Below, piece after piece: positions 36,327-46,449 of a stretch of 54,142 nt of DNA (position 1 is its first letter; every line of letters starts with the position of its first letter). The DNA lies in IMG/VR virus record IMGVR_UViG_3300022936_000002, positions 1 to 54,142 of that record; one strand, written 5' to 3'. The position numbers and the translations under genes were made by a program. The notes beneath the pieces were generated by a model. It was not told the DNA's origin, made no database searches, and was given only the letters and a program-made list of their open reading frames with translations. Source of the DNA: a virus (Duplodnaviria; Caudoviricetes).

Positions 36327-36679
36327 CATTTCGATCCCCACTGATAAGGCTGTACGGCTAATCCGGTAATAACTTCCATAATCTCCATCGCCTGGATTTT
36401 CTCGCACGCAGCTTGCGCCTCTTCGTGGGTAAACATATCTTCTTCATCGTCGGAATCGTGTCCGAAAAAGTAATTGGGCGTGCCCTGCCTATCATTCGGA
36501 AACTCATCAAAATCAAGCACTACCTCAAACCCGAAGAGCTTTTCGATTTCGCGCTGCTCCTCGCTGGTAAAAGCGCGTTTTGTGCACATAGCTACTTCCG
36601 CCATATTCGCTCCGGTGACGCGCTTGAGAGCGCGAATCTCGATAGACTGGCGAGCGTCGTGGTCATCTCGAACGCTCAT
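36323..36679 (-). CDS. Hypothetical protein
   Basis: 118-aa ORF with GAGG RBS. Confidence 0.55.
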   Translation of the reverse strand: MSVRDDHDARQSIEIRALKRVTGANMAEVAMCTKRAFTSEEQREIEKLFGFEVVLDFDEFPNDRQGTPNYFFGHDSDDEEDMFTHEEAQAACEKIQAMEIMEVITGLAVQPYQWGSKW

Positions 36680-36840
36680 AAATAACTTTCCCTCTCTAAA
36701 ATTCGACCGCCTTAGTTACCCCGGCGGTCAGCACTTCAAGTGTCAAGAGGAGGACTGTTTTCAAATATTGCCCCCGACAGAGAAGACGGCTTCCATGACC
36801 TACAACGCTGCCGGGGGTCTTCGGGGCTTAGCCCGGAAGG

Positions 36841-37254
36841 TCAAGTCGTAAATCTGTTTACTTCGTTCTCCACCCTCAACAGGGTCTGGTGATACGAAAG
36901 CTGTGCGGCGAACATCTTGAAGGCTGTATCGGACGTTTCGCACGCGAGCTTGAGAACCTGGTATTCCTCGTACTCTTTTTCGCACTCGAGCTCGATCAGC
37001 GCCTTTACGTCGTCCGCTAAGAGCTTCTTGGTCTTTACTTCCTTGGCGTACTCCAACGTTGCCGGGTTCTCAAGTTTCTCCGGCAATCCGAACGCGAGAT
37101 AGAGGCGGGTCTTACGCTGTTTCTTGTGCCACGCCTCGGACGCTTTAGCGAGCTCCTGGCGTTCTGACTGGTAGCCCTGGGAAATGCTCGCCATATTCTG
37201 AAGCAGTTCGTCCGGCGTCATCTTCTCTACAATTTCTTCTGTCAGCTTTTCCAT
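36841..37254 (-). CDS. Hypothetical coiled-coil protein (recombination module)
   Basis: 137 aa, helical, after the Sak4-like gene. Confidence 0.6.
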   Translation of the reverse strand: MEKLTEEIVEKMTPDELLQNMASISQGYQSERQELAKASEAWHKKQRKTRLYLAFGLPEKLENPATLEYAKEVKTKKLLADDVKALIELECEKEYEEYQVLKLACETSDTAFKMFAAQLSYHQTLLRVENEVNRFTT

Positions 37255-37355
37255 ATCGTTATTAAAGGTTCGGGGTCGTGCGTATCACTTCAGTTTTTGC
37301 TTTGCCTAGTAACGGTCCGCGCTTCCTCGCGGTCGGTGCCGTACCCCGAATGTTG

Positions 37356-38249
37356 TTATTTCTTTAGTACCAGTAAGCGTTCGTTCAGATCGATCGCCAG
37401 CTTCTTCAGCGTGTCGTAGCCGAGTTCGCTAAATGCCGCGCCGTAGCTATGGTTCGTGTATTCGTCGAGCTGTACTTTGTTCCAAGTAATCGAATCGCCT
37501 TCCGTATTTAGCGACTTGCAGGTTTCGAGGATCTTCGCTTGAAGTTCCGAGCGCGGGGCGTCGTCCACTTGCTTCCCGTTGGGCGATAACCACGCCTTTA
37601 AGGTCGCCGCTACTTCCTTCCCTGCCTTGGGGTAGGTCTTGTCCAAAAGGTCGATACAACGGGTCTTAATGATGCTGAGATTGTTGTTTTGGTCGAGGTC
37701 GCCGAGCACGTCGAATTCGTACTCGATGCCGTCACGCTGGACGGGCGCCATACCTACTTTACGGATGGTGGTTTTGTTACCGTCCTTTTCGACCGAGTAT
37801 TCCGATTTACTGCGGATAGTCGCGATAACGTGGCATCTCGATCCCAGAATCGCGTTAAGCACGGCGTTATGTTTCGGCGTCGCTGCGCCCCAAGCTCTGA
37901 AGCTGTCCTTCAGCCTGGCGGATTCCTTGTCGTGCAGTTCGAGAATCCCGCCTGTGCCAGACCATTCGTGAGTAAGCGAGTCGATAATAAGCACGTCGTA
38001 CCCTGCTTCCTCTGCGGCGTGTACCGCGGCGATGTAGTTCTCCGGCGAAAACTTCTCTAACTCCAAAACATCGAAGCCGAATATGTCCGCATACTTCGAA
38101 GCCGATCCGCGCTCCGTGTCGATCACCGCTACCTTTTCTCCAAGGTTGGAGCCGATAGCTAAAGCCGTGTATGTTTTCCCGCTTCCCGATATTCCGGTTA
38201 AGGCCATTCTTAGGCGGGCATTTTCTTTTGTTGCTTTCTTGAATTCCAT
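37356..38249 (-). CDS. Sak4-like/AAA_24 ATPase recombinase
   Basis: GISGSGKT, VIDTERGSA, LIIDSLTHEW, RDGIEYEFD; adjacent to ssb. Confidence 0.88.
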   Translation of the reverse strand: MEFKKATKENARLRMALTGISGSGKTYTALAIGSNLGEKVAVIDTERGSASKYADIFGFDVLELEKFSPENYIAAVHAAEEAGYDVLIIDSLTHEWSGTGGILELHDKESARLKDSFRAWGAATPKHNAVLNAILGSRCHVIATIRSKSEYSVEKDGNKTTIRKVGMAPVQRDGIEYEFDVLGDLDQNNNLSIIKTRCIDLLDKTYPKAGKEVAATLKAWLSPNGKQVDDAPRSELQAKILETCKSLNTEGDSITWNKVQLDEYTNHSYGAAFSELGYDTLKKLAIDLNERLLVLKK

Positions 38250-38258
38250 AATGCCTCC

Positions 38259-38681
38259 TTAAAATGGGATGTCGTCCTCAGTGTTTGGTGGTCCCGAAAA
38301 TTCCTGTGGCGTGTTTGGATTCTCACGTTGTGCGGGCTGTTCGTCGCGCTGTGCGGGAGTGCCGAGAAACTTCATATCCGAAGCCGAAACTTCCAAGGTG
38401 AAGCGATTGTTGCCGTCGCGATCCTGCCACTCTTCGATTCGAAGTCTGCCTTCGACGTAAACCTGTGAACCTTTGTCGAGATACTTCGAAGCGTTCTCCG
38501 CCATCTTTTCCCAAAGGGTCACGCGGAACCACGTCGTTACGTCCTGCGCATCGCCGGACTTATCACGCCTCTTTTCATTCGAGGCCATAGTAAAGCTGCA
38601 TACAGCCTTACCCTGCGGCGTGTAGCGCAACTCAGGCTCGCGCCCTAGGTTGCCCACTACGATAATTTTGTTGAAACTCAT
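38259..38681 (-). CDS. ssb: Single-stranded DNA-binding protein
   Basis: NKIIVVGNLGREPELRYT..KGSQVYVEGRL..DDIPF. Confidence 0.97.
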   Translation of the reverse strand: MSFNKIIVVGNLGREPELRYTPQGKAVCSFTMASNEKRRDKSGDAQDVTTWFRVTLWEKMAENASKYLDKGSQVYVEGRLRIEEWQDRDGNNRFTLEVSASDMKFLGTPAQRDEQPAQRENPNTPQEFSGPPNTEDDIPF

Positions 38682-39297
38682 TATTTGCTCCTGTGTCTAA
38701 ATTTTCGATCAGAGCGATTCGCTCAGGAAGAGGCCCGCGGCCCCTGGTCTCAGTGAATCGGTCGGGTCAGCGGTTTTTCTCCACGATCTGCTGACAGCGT
38801 TCGGCTGCTTGTTCGTACCCGATGGATGCGCCTACAAGGACGGCGATGATAAGGAATGCTATAAAGCCGAGTAGTTGTTTCATTTCGATTCCTCCTTGCG
38901 TTCAGCCTTTTCTTCCGGCGTCTCGTCGCGATACAGACCGATATAGCCGTGCTTATCTAAGACTTCGACACTTGTGCCGTCGGCGCTGGTCTGCTGCGGT
39001 TTGCCCACTTCGAACTTGCTCGCCCATTCGTTTATGTCCGGGTCGGTGTTAAGCGCGACGTGATGGTTAGCTACCCAAACTTTCATTTCGCCTCCAATAT
39101 CTCGACAACATCGCCGGGGAGTATCTCGCTGTCCGGTCTCAGTGCCTGAGCAAGCCATTCGTCCGATCTGTCCGGCCCTACGACCACGGGAGAGCAGTGC
39201 TCAGCCTGGCGCGAGACGGAGTTAACGATGTGGTTCATTCCGTTGTCGTATCCGAGATGGACGGTTACGGTTGGTTCGTCGTCGGTTAAGATCATTG

Positions 39298-39537
39298 TTA
39301 TTTGTTCTCCCGGTTGAGTTCGTCTATGAGAGCGTCGGCGGTCTTAATCGCATATTCAGCGAGTAGGCTGTCCGGCTCGGTGGCGAGCGATGAGTTTGCG
39401 CAATAGCCCTGCATCGCCAGTCCTGCGAAGTATTCCCGTTTAGTTAGCGGCGTGTTCGGCACATTGCTAATCGTGTCGTGTCCGCTTATAAAATCGTTTC
39501 CATCTGTTTTCACATCTATTCCTCCGTAACTGTCCAA
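39298..39537 (-). CDS. Conserved phage hypothetical protein
   Basis: LTKREYFAGLAMQG..ADALI motif. Confidence 0.75.
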   Translation of the reverse strand: MDSYGGIDVKTDGNDFISGHDTISNVPNTPLTKREYFAGLAMQGYCANSSLATEPDSLLAEYAIKTADALIDELNRENK

Positions 39538-40130
39538 ACTTTTTTACCGTCCGTGCCTACCTCGTCCAGATTTATCGGATAGGGCCGCGGGTCTTGGAAC
39601 GTAACGTCGAAGTGCATGAAGCGCGGTCGCTTTGATTGAGCGTCCAGTTCCTGGATCTCGTCGGCACATTCGATCAGTAGTTCCTTTATTGCTCTGTCGT
39701 CCATATCTACCGCTCTGAACATCCGCTTAATGAAGCGTTCTATTAACCTCTCGGCTCTCCGTCGTCCGCGCTTGTCTATCGCGAAGTGGCAATTCCTGCC
39801 TGCCGGTAACACTCTGAATATCGACCACCAGTCCTCAATATTTATTTCGGGCCTGCGCTTCGAGTGAGCGCGGTCGATATCCCCGCAATAGTTCCGTCCG
39901 TAGCAGACGTGACAGGTGCGCTCGATCCCCGATTTGATAAAGAACAGCTCCAGTACCTGATTCATAAACAGGTTGAGCACGCCCCGCTTCCCTACCTGCC
40001 TCAACCCCTTCCGCTTCTTCTCCACGACCTTCTCTGCGCGATTGTTGGTGTAGCGGCACGGCAGCTTTACCGTTCTATCGTTCCGGTACTTGTCCGAGGT
40101 CGGGCGTTCCTTTGTGCGGGTGCGAATCAT
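39516..40130 (-). CDS. Hypothetical protein, HNH/NinG-like
   Basis: CHVC..DRAHSKRR..RNCH. Confidence 0.5.
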   Translation of the reverse strand: MIRTRTKERPTSDKYRNDRTVKLPCRYTNNRAEKVVEKKRKGLRQVGKRGVLNLFMNQVLELFFIKSGIERTCHVCYGRNYCGDIDRAHSKRRPEINIEDWWSIFRVLPAGRNCHFAIDKRGRRRAERLIERFIKRMFRAVDMDDRAIKELLIECADEIQELDAQSKRPRFMHFDVTFQDPRPYPINLDEVGTDGKKVWTVTEE

Positions 40131-40347
40131 CGTAAATGCGCTCTCCGAATATCTTCGTGCTGTAAAGGCTTGCCGCTTATCTTTCCGCCGTAAGCGTTCC
40201 GACGGGTTCCGCATAAGTCGCCCGAATCGTGAGTGCAGCGGCAGTGCTTACAGTCAACCCGGTAGTAGTCGGCGCAAACATCATCTCGGTCGTGAATCCA
40301 TCCGCAAAACCGGCATCGCTTGGAATTGTTCGCCATAATCCCCTCCC

Positions 40348-40800
40348 TTAAGCCGCCTGCTCCGCGACGATCGCGTGTTGTTCCGCCGTCCATTCTCCCG
40401 GTGCCGTGCAGGCGGCGTGCTGCTTTTTCCAGTTATGAAGATTGCCGGAGCATACGGCGTGAGTTTCGTTGCAGATGCAGATAAGGCGTTTGCAGTTCGG
40501 CATTTCGCAGTAAGGGTTGCTCTGGACCTGGAAGTGGGTGCCGCGTATGTTTTCCTGACCGCTCCAGATACGAACATCAACGGTGTGCTTACCGCAGGCG
40601 AAGTGAACCACTTTCTTATCGAGAAATACCGCTTCCGTACCGGCTTTAATCGAGTTGTTGCAAACTTTGCAATAACTGGAGAATCTCGCGGGGAAGGATG
40701 AGTTTAGGTATTCCTGGGGATGGTTCGGCATAGCTGCTAAACGCTTGCCGGCTTCCATAATCTCGTTCCACCGTTCTATTGTTTCTGGTGATGTGGTCAT
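40348..40800 (-). CDS. Cys-rich hypothetical protein
   Basis: ARFSSYCKVC..HFAC; start MTTSPE. Confidence 0.55.
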   Translation of the reverse strand: MTTSPETIERWNEIMEAGKRLAAMPNHPQEYLNSSFPARFSSYCKVCNNSIKAGTEAVFLDKKVVHFACGKHTVDVRIWSGQENIRGTHFQVQSNPYCEMPNCKRLICICNETHAVCSGNLHNWKKQHAACTAPGEWTAEQHAIVAEQAA

Positions 40801-41716
40801 AATGGTTATCCTTTTAGTCCTGAAATCGTGCGGGGTTGCGACGCTCCAATTCCTCAACAATCGCGCCTACTCGATCATCGATAGCGAGCTGCCGGGCCGG
40901 ATCCTCGTTGAATTGACTCGCTAGAGTCGAATTGTGGTTCGCGGCCTCGTATTCCTCTTCCAGTGCCGCATCCGATAGTGTTGAATAATCTGTGGTCATA
41001 ATCGTTTCCTCTCTAAGCCGCTATAAGCTGTAAAAATCTCTCTACATCTTCCATCGCTGCCGACGTGTCGATGACCTGAATGTTCGTTCGTACCGAGTAG
41101 GTGTAATGTTGGAGCTGTGAATGCCTGATCGCGCTCATCGCTCTCGATCCGTCCGACCATTCAATGATGTAGGCTCTCTGCCCGTCTCTCTCTGTTACTT
41201 CCGCGACCTTGTACCAGTTGGTTGCATCCGAATCGTCTATGCCGTCCGCAAGGTTGGTTATGCCGATCTCGTCGCCGGTGTGGAGGTAGGGGATGAAGCC
41301 GTTCATTGCCCTTCCTCCTGGATGTGGGCTTCGAGTCTCGTCAAAGCCTTTTGCAGCCACTGGATCGCTTCGAGCGGTAAGATCGCCATTCCGTTAGCGA
41401 GCATCAAGCAAAGCCGTCCGTTCTCGATTTCGACCGATACCGTCTCGCCCTCGAATTCTGTTTTTAAGGTGATGTCTGTGGTCGTCATTTGAACTCCTCT
41501 CAAAAAAGTTGATAAACCCGCCCGTGATCGTTCCCGCTTGTTCGTTGGGGTGAGAAAAGTTAAATGAAAGGTATCTAATCACTCAAATAACCAAACTCGC
41601 CCCCGTTATGTTTTCAATTCCCCTGCTTGATCGGCCTCGGCGATGTGTTTATTTATCTTTTAGCAGTTCTCTCTGCGCGTTATCGTTTCGGCCTGCGTTC
41701 CTTTGAACTGATTCCA

Positions 41717-41745
41717 ATATTATCGCATCATCGATCTAATGTCAA
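41717..41745 (-). promoter_or_regulatory. Early leftward sigma70 promoter
   Basis: TTGACA(41745-41740)-17-TAATAT(41722-41717); ATTCCAAT motif at 41711, 41761 and inverted near 42043. Confidence 0.65.
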
Positions 41746-41770
41746 ATCTAATTTGAATGTATTCCAATTC

Positions 41771-42022
41771 TTACGATGTCGCCGCCGATAGATCGGTAGC
41801 TTCGTAAGGAACTGAAATTTTCTCATAGCTATCGACGCCAAGAGCAAGGACAAGCGCGGCCTGTTTGCGCGGGTTTGTCGGCGTGAAATCGCCTGATTCC
41901 CACTGTTGATAAGATGTCAGCGAGAAAACGCCGTTACTATTACGCACAATATCCATAGGCTTTCGGTCGCCTCGGGCTGCCCTTACCAGGGCCGGTGATA
42001 GAACTCTTACGCCTGTGATCAT
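41771..42022 (-). CDS. Cro-like HTH regulator
   Basis: SYQQWESGDFTP XRE-like motif; divergent from the repressor. Confidence 0.7.
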   Translation of the reverse strand: MITGVRVLSPALVRAARGDRKPMDIVRNSNGVFSLTSYQQWESGDFTPTNPRKQAALVLALGVDSYEKISVPYEATDLSAATS

Positions 42023-42201
42023 ATGAGTCTATTATCCATATTATTGGAATGCAGTCAAATGATATTTATGGACTACATGCCAGATTTTGACTATGAGGGG
42101 TTGACGGGAAGGATTATTTGCGCCTATAGTAGGCACGTACTCAAAACAAATTTGAGTTTAAGGCGTTGACTATGACCATTCTTTTGGAAAGAATAGGGCT
42201 A

Positions 42202-42732
42202 ATGCCCGGCACAGACCCTAAAACTGAATACAAGAACCTCTTCGGCGAAGAGCTTCACCGCTTGCGAACGGCCGTGGCAAAAGTGTCGCTAAAAACTCTT
42301 GCTCAGCGTGTTGCGGATGCCGGGGAACCGATCGATTTGTCGTATATTGCGAAACTTGAGAAAGGGACCGTGCGATCACCCGACGGCAGAATTAACGTTT
42401 CCCACCAAAAGGCGAGAGCGTTATTCAAGGCTGCTGGCGGAAAGCCTTACGATGCGATTAGGCTCTTGCGAGAGTCGGGGCCGTCTAGCGCTGCGGTATC
42501 CACGCCTGACATTGACGATCTGATATCGGGAATGGAGGTATTAACGCCGGTAGGACAAGACTTTGTGCGCCGACAGATCGAGCAGCTGATCAATAGTACA
42601 GAGGAATTCGAGCGAAAAATGAAAGAACATGGGGCGGTGGAAGAAGATTCCAGGCCGTCTCTTAAAGATGTTAACGATGAGGTTATTTCGCTTGCCGCGG
42701 CGTTGGAGATTCAGGACGATGACGAAGAGTAA
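42202..42732 (+). CDS. CI-like XRE repressor (no C-terminal S24 domain)
   Basis: FGEELHRLR..SLKTLAQRV..SYIAKLEKG; start uncertain (42166-42202). Confidence 0.8.
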   Translation: MPGTDPKTEYKNLFGEELHRLRTAVAKVSLKTLAQRVADAGEPIDLSYIAKLEKGTVRSPDGRINVSHQKARALFKAAGGKPYDAIRLLRESGPSSAAVSTPDIDDLISGMEVLTPVGQDFVRRQIEQLINSTEEFERKMKEHGAVEEDSRPSLKDVNDEVISLAAALEIQDDDEE

Positions 42733-42781
42733 AAATCTTAAAAATTATAAAAAATGGGGCGCATTGAACACCCCATCAAGA

Positions 42782-43066
42782 TTACTTGTTGATTTTGAAA
42801 GTATCTTGTGAGAAGATTGCAAACCTTTTCGGAAAAAGGAATACTTCCACAATTGTTATGTCCTTATCAACTTTCGTTATAAGGAGCGTACGGGCCTCGG
42901 GGCAGACTTCACCCTGAGGGCAGCAATAATCTACAGTGTCCGGCTCATAGGCCTGCCAGTAGATGCCCGGGGCGCATCCAGCGACGTTAACGATCGGCAC
43001 ATGGCCCGCAAAAGCAAACGCAGATAGACCGAGCACAAGCCCGATCAAAAGAATCAGATGTTTCAT
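42782..43066 (-). CDS. Small secreted peptide precursor
   Basis: Signal peptide MKHLILLIGLVLGLSAFAFA then GHVPIVN; AGGAG RBS. Confidence 0.7.
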   Translation of the reverse strand: MKHLILLIGLVLGLSAFAFAGHVPIVNVAGCAPGIYWQAYEPDTVDYCCPQGEVCPEARTLLITKVDKDITIVEVFLFPKRFAIFSQDTFKINK

Positions 43067-43139
43067 AAATTTCTCCTAATATTGGCTGAGAAGCGATACA
43101 AAATGGTATCCGTAATACTTTAACAGAAGGTTGTCTCCT

Positions 43140-44540
43140 ATGTCAGTACCCCTGAATACACTAACCGATGCAGTAACAATCATTCTCCAGGCGCGAGATG
43201 CGGAGCTAAGCGGTAATTTCTCTTCAATCAAAGACGTACTAGAGCCTATTTGGGACTCCGCAACGCCCCCCGACTTCGCGGAATATGAGCCGGCGATTCG
43301 CGCTGAGTTGATTAAGTACGCGGGGTTATATCTTAATCATGCGGGATGGGCTGAAGGTCGCGTTGGGTACCAGTTGCGCGCGAAAGACGCCCTTACTAAT
43401 GCGGTTGATTTATTCACATCTCTCGACGACGCAGAGAAAACCGCCGATGCCCAGATCCTTCTTGCGAAATGCTATTACTATCTAGGGGAATTGGAGGAAT
43501 TCCGGGACCTTCTAACCATGGTCTCAGGGCGATTCGGGGCCGCGCACCCGGCTACCATCCGAATCCAGCTCAACCAGATCAGCGTACTTCATTTTCAGGG
43601 CGATTATGACTCAGCCGCGGCCGTTCTTCAGTCAGTCGGCGAATCTATCCCGGATTGCGCCGAAGAGCGTCTTGTAATCCAATACCATAACCTCGCAGGC
43701 ATTGTTTTTCAGCATGTTGAGCAATCTGACCGCAGCCTTGCCCACCTTAACAAGGCGGTAGCGTTATCAAAGCATGCCCAAAATCGTACTTATCTTGGAT
43801 TGAATCTCAACGAGATAGCGATTTGGAATCGCCGGCACAAACATTATGCAACGGCTCATGATTACGCCGACCGTGCGATTAAGGTTTTGCCCGATGGACT
43901 GACCGCTCACGCGCACGAAACGCACGCATTGACCTATCTGGACGAAGGGCGCCTCGCGCAAGCTCTTCAGTCTATAGACTTGGCACTCCGTTTCTTATTA
44001 AAAACCGAGAATCACGACGCTCAGATGGAGGCCCTTCTTACTAAATGCCGATGCCTAGCTAAGCTCCGCCGATTTCCCGAATCGATGCGCGTGTACGCAC
44101 AGCTGTCTCAGATTGCGAACGAATGTGGCGGGCATGTTATTGATAAGTACACGCAGGCCTTCTGTGAAATCCTCAGCCTTGGAAAGCCTGAGATCACAGG
44201 CGTAAGAGTGCCGCGGTTTGAGTGCGAATTCTCATACTCGGGCAGGCCCTTATTTTTTAGTGTTAATCGCCGTACAATGCGAGATATGAACATTGAGGCT
44301 TCGAGCGTGGTGCTTACATCCCGGCTTTACACGCCGGTCGATGGACTCAATATCCTTGTCCACGGTGAGAACGGCTTAGAAACCGCCCGCTTGGTTCACA
44401 ATGACCTCTGCACGATCATACAGCGAGCTGATGGCGAGTTTGTTGCTCAAGATGGTCCCGAGGCTGTTGGCGCTATCTTGGGTTACTGCCCCCTCTCTGA
44501 GGCCCAGGGCGACGTAGTTACATTTAAGAAACTTCCATAA
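43140..44540 (+). CDS. TPR-repeat protein with degenerate S24-like C-terminal domain
   Basis: Repeated helical TPR-like motifs (AQILLAKCYYYLGE, YHNLAGIVF, HETHALTYLDEG); beta-rich C-terminus. Confidence 0.75.
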   Translation: MSVPLNTLTDAVTIILQARDAELSGNFSSIKDVLEPIWDSATPPDFAEYEPAIRAELIKYAGLYLNHAGWAEGRVGYQLRAKDALTNAVDLFTSLDDAEKTADAQILLAKCYYYLGELEEFRDLLTMVSGRFGAAHPATIRIQLNQISVLHFQGDYDSAAAVLQSVGESIPDCAEERLVIQYHNLAGIVFQHVEQSDRSLAHLNKAVALSKHAQNRTYLGLNLNEIAIWNRRHKHYATAHDYADRAIKVLPDGLTAHAHETHALTYLDEGRLAQALQSIDLALRFLLKTENHDAQMEALLTKCRCLAKLRRFPESMRVYAQLSQIANECGGHVIDKYTQAFCEILSLGKPEITGVRVPRFECEFSYSGRPLFFSVNRRTMRDMNIEASSVVLTSRLYTPVDGLNILVHGENGLETARLVHNDLCTIIQRADGEFVAQDGPEAVGAILGYCPLSEAQGDVVTFKKLP

Positions 44541-44547
44541 GAATATT

Positions 44548-45006
44548 GTGAAAAATAATATAAACCTCGTCGCAGTTATCTTGATTCTGATCGTTATCGG
44601 CTGTAAATGCCCGGACCCGAAAGACGGATCTTCAACTGGCAGCACTCCGACCGCATCGGATTCGAGCACCCCCAAACTCGAACTGCTTTCGAGCCGCGGC
44701 GAACGCAATAGCTTCAGTCTTAAGATCACCGGGCAGGTGAAAAACATAAGCGGCGAGAAACTTGAGACCGTTAATGTCGTGGTGGACAGCTACGGCGCTA
44801 ATGGCGAGCTCATTTCAAGCGAAACGTCGTTTCTGGAATACAATCCGCTTATGCCCGGACAAACTTCGCCGTTCACAGCTATCGTTCAGGAAAACCCGTT
44901 AATTAAAAACTATAAGATCAATTTCAAGCATTTCGCCGGTGAGCAGATACCACATACCGACTCTCGGCCTAAAGAAAGTCCGAAAGAAACAAAGAAAAAG
45001 AAATAG
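44548..45006 (+). CDS. FxLYD-like lipoprotein
   Basis: Lipobox VIGC; ITGQVKN..DSYGANGELI..LMPGQTSPF. Confidence 0.8.
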   Translation: MKNNINLVAVILILIVIGCKCPDPKDGSSTGSTPTASDSSTPKLELLSSRGERNSFSLKITGQVKNISGEKLETVNVVVDSYGANGELISSETSFLEYNPLMPGQTSPFTAIVQENPLIKNYKINFKHFAGEQIPHTDSRPKESPKETKKKK

Positions 45007-45016
45007 GAGTAAAACA

Positions 45017-45154
45017 ATGAAAGGATTCGTACCAATAGCCGGGATAACCGGGCATACGCCGGTAGTCGGAATAAAAGGGTGGGTGCCGATCAGCAGCTTC
45101 ATCGGATGGGTCCACGACTCCGGGTTCGCCGGTAATACTCCGATAGGTGGATGA
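45017..45154 (+). CDS. 45-aa peptide of five 9-residue GxxP-type repeats
   Basis: AGGAG RBS; KGFVPIAGI/TGHTPVVGI/KGWVPISSF/IGWVHDSGF/AGNTPIGG. Confidence 0.7.
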   Translation: MKGFVPIAGITGHTPVVGIKGWVPISSFIGWVHDSGFAGNTPIGG

Positions 45155-45279
45155 ATTCAGAGATCGAAACAATACGCCGTCATAACGAACGGTTCAATAG
45201 ACGAATGGCGTCGAGGCTCGGCGCTATTTTCGTTGGTGCCGTGGCGTTAGCATGGTATTTGATGGAGTGGCGGTTTTAA
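45151..45279 (+). CDS. 42-aa membrane peptide
   Basis: ATGA overlap with the previous gene; LGAIFVGAVALAWYLM transmembrane-like segment. Confidence 0.5.
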   Translation: MNSEIETIRRHNERFNRRMASRLGAIFVGAVALAWYLMEWRF

Positions 45280-45292
45280 GCGAGATTAAATT

Positions 45293-46132
45293 ATGAAGAA
45301 GTCTATACAGGTCCAAGGAAAAACGATCAATGTTATCCCGCACGGCGAGGCTGACTATATCTGTCTGACGGATATGGTTAAGAGCTTCAAGGGCGGGGAT
45401 CAGCTTATAAAGAATTGGCTGCAAAACAAAAACACCCTCGAATACTTAGGGATTTGGGAGGAATTAAACAATCCAGATTTTAAAATGGTGGAATTCCACC
45501 TAATTAGAACTGAGGCCGGATCTAATAAATTTCTCCTATCCGCCAAGCAATGGACGGAGCGGACGGGCGCGATCGGACTAGAGGCACGGGCCGGCCGCTA
45601 TGGTGGCACGTATGCGCATAAGGACATCGCTCTCGAGTTCGCATCGTGGCTCTCGCCGGCGTTTCGATTGTATGTAATAAAAGAGTTCCAGCGTCTTAAG
45701 GAAGAAGAGACGAAGGGGCGTCAGCCCGGGTGGGACATTAACCGCACACTGGCTAAGGTGAATTACCGTCTGCACACGGATGCCGTTAAAAAACGGTTAG
45801 TGCCGCCGACCGTCACAGCTAAACAGGCCGGTTTTATATATGCCAATGAGGCAGATGTTATTAACGTCGCGGTATTCGGTCAAACGTCCAAGGAATGGCG
45901 AGACGCCAACGCAGCACTCCCCGGCAATATCCGCGACCACGCGTCCGTCGAGCAGCTCTTGGTGCTCGCAAACATTGAGAGCTATAACGCTATACTGATC
46001 GATCAAGGCGTGTCGCAAGCTGCCCGCATACAAGAACTGAATAAGCGCGCCAGGTCTAACTTCAAGTCGCTTACTAGCACGCCGTCGGTAAAGGCCCTAA
46101 AACCGCCTCCATTGCTCCGCTTGAAGGAATAA
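45293..46132 (+). CDS. KilA-N domain protein
   Basis: YICLTDM..GRYGGTYAHKDIALEFASWLSP. Confidence 0.92.
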   Translation: MKKSIQVQGKTINVIPHGEADYICLTDMVKSFKGGDQLIKNWLQNKNTLEYLGIWEELNNPDFKMVEFHLIRTEAGSNKFLLSAKQWTERTGAIGLEARAGRYGGTYAHKDIALEFASWLSPAFRLYVIKEFQRLKEEETKGRQPGWDINRTLAKVNYRLHTDAVKKRLVPPTVTAKQAGFIYANEADVINVAVFGQTSKEWRDANAALPGNIRDHASVEQLLVLANIESYNAILIDQGVSQAARIQELNKRARSNFKSLTSTPSVKALKPPPLLRLKE

Positions 46133-46202
46133 GGGATGGCTCCCCAGAGCCGAAACTGGGACGACGGGCGAGCGTGGCTAATATCTCGAACGCTCATAAA
46201 TC
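46133..46202 (-). repeat. Dispersed ~70-bp element
   Basis: GATTTATGAGC..GGCTC-TGGG-GAGCC-ATCCC. Confidence 0.65.
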
Positions 46203-46366
46203 ATCTTGCAAAAGTCTTCAAAATAGTGTAGATTTAGACCATCTAATCATTCAAATAATCAAACTCCCTAAAAACCTAATCTAGAAAAAGTTTTAACTTT
46301 CTTCAAAGGCCCGTTATGTCTATCAAACGACAGAAGCGGGCTTTTTCGCGTCTGCGGAGTAAGGAT

Positions 46367-46435
46367 TATTTCGGAGCGTGAATTATCGCTAACCACGGTG
46401 CTCACGTTCTCAGTCCGCCGCCAGTGGGCGGGCTC
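46367..46435 (+). repeat. Dispersed ~70-bp element (left of HD gene)
   Basis: TATTTCGGAGC..ATCGCTAACCACGGTGC..CCGCC/GGCGG hairpin; resembles the 28510 copy. Confidence 0.7.
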
Positions 46436-46449
46436 AACGGGGGAGATTA

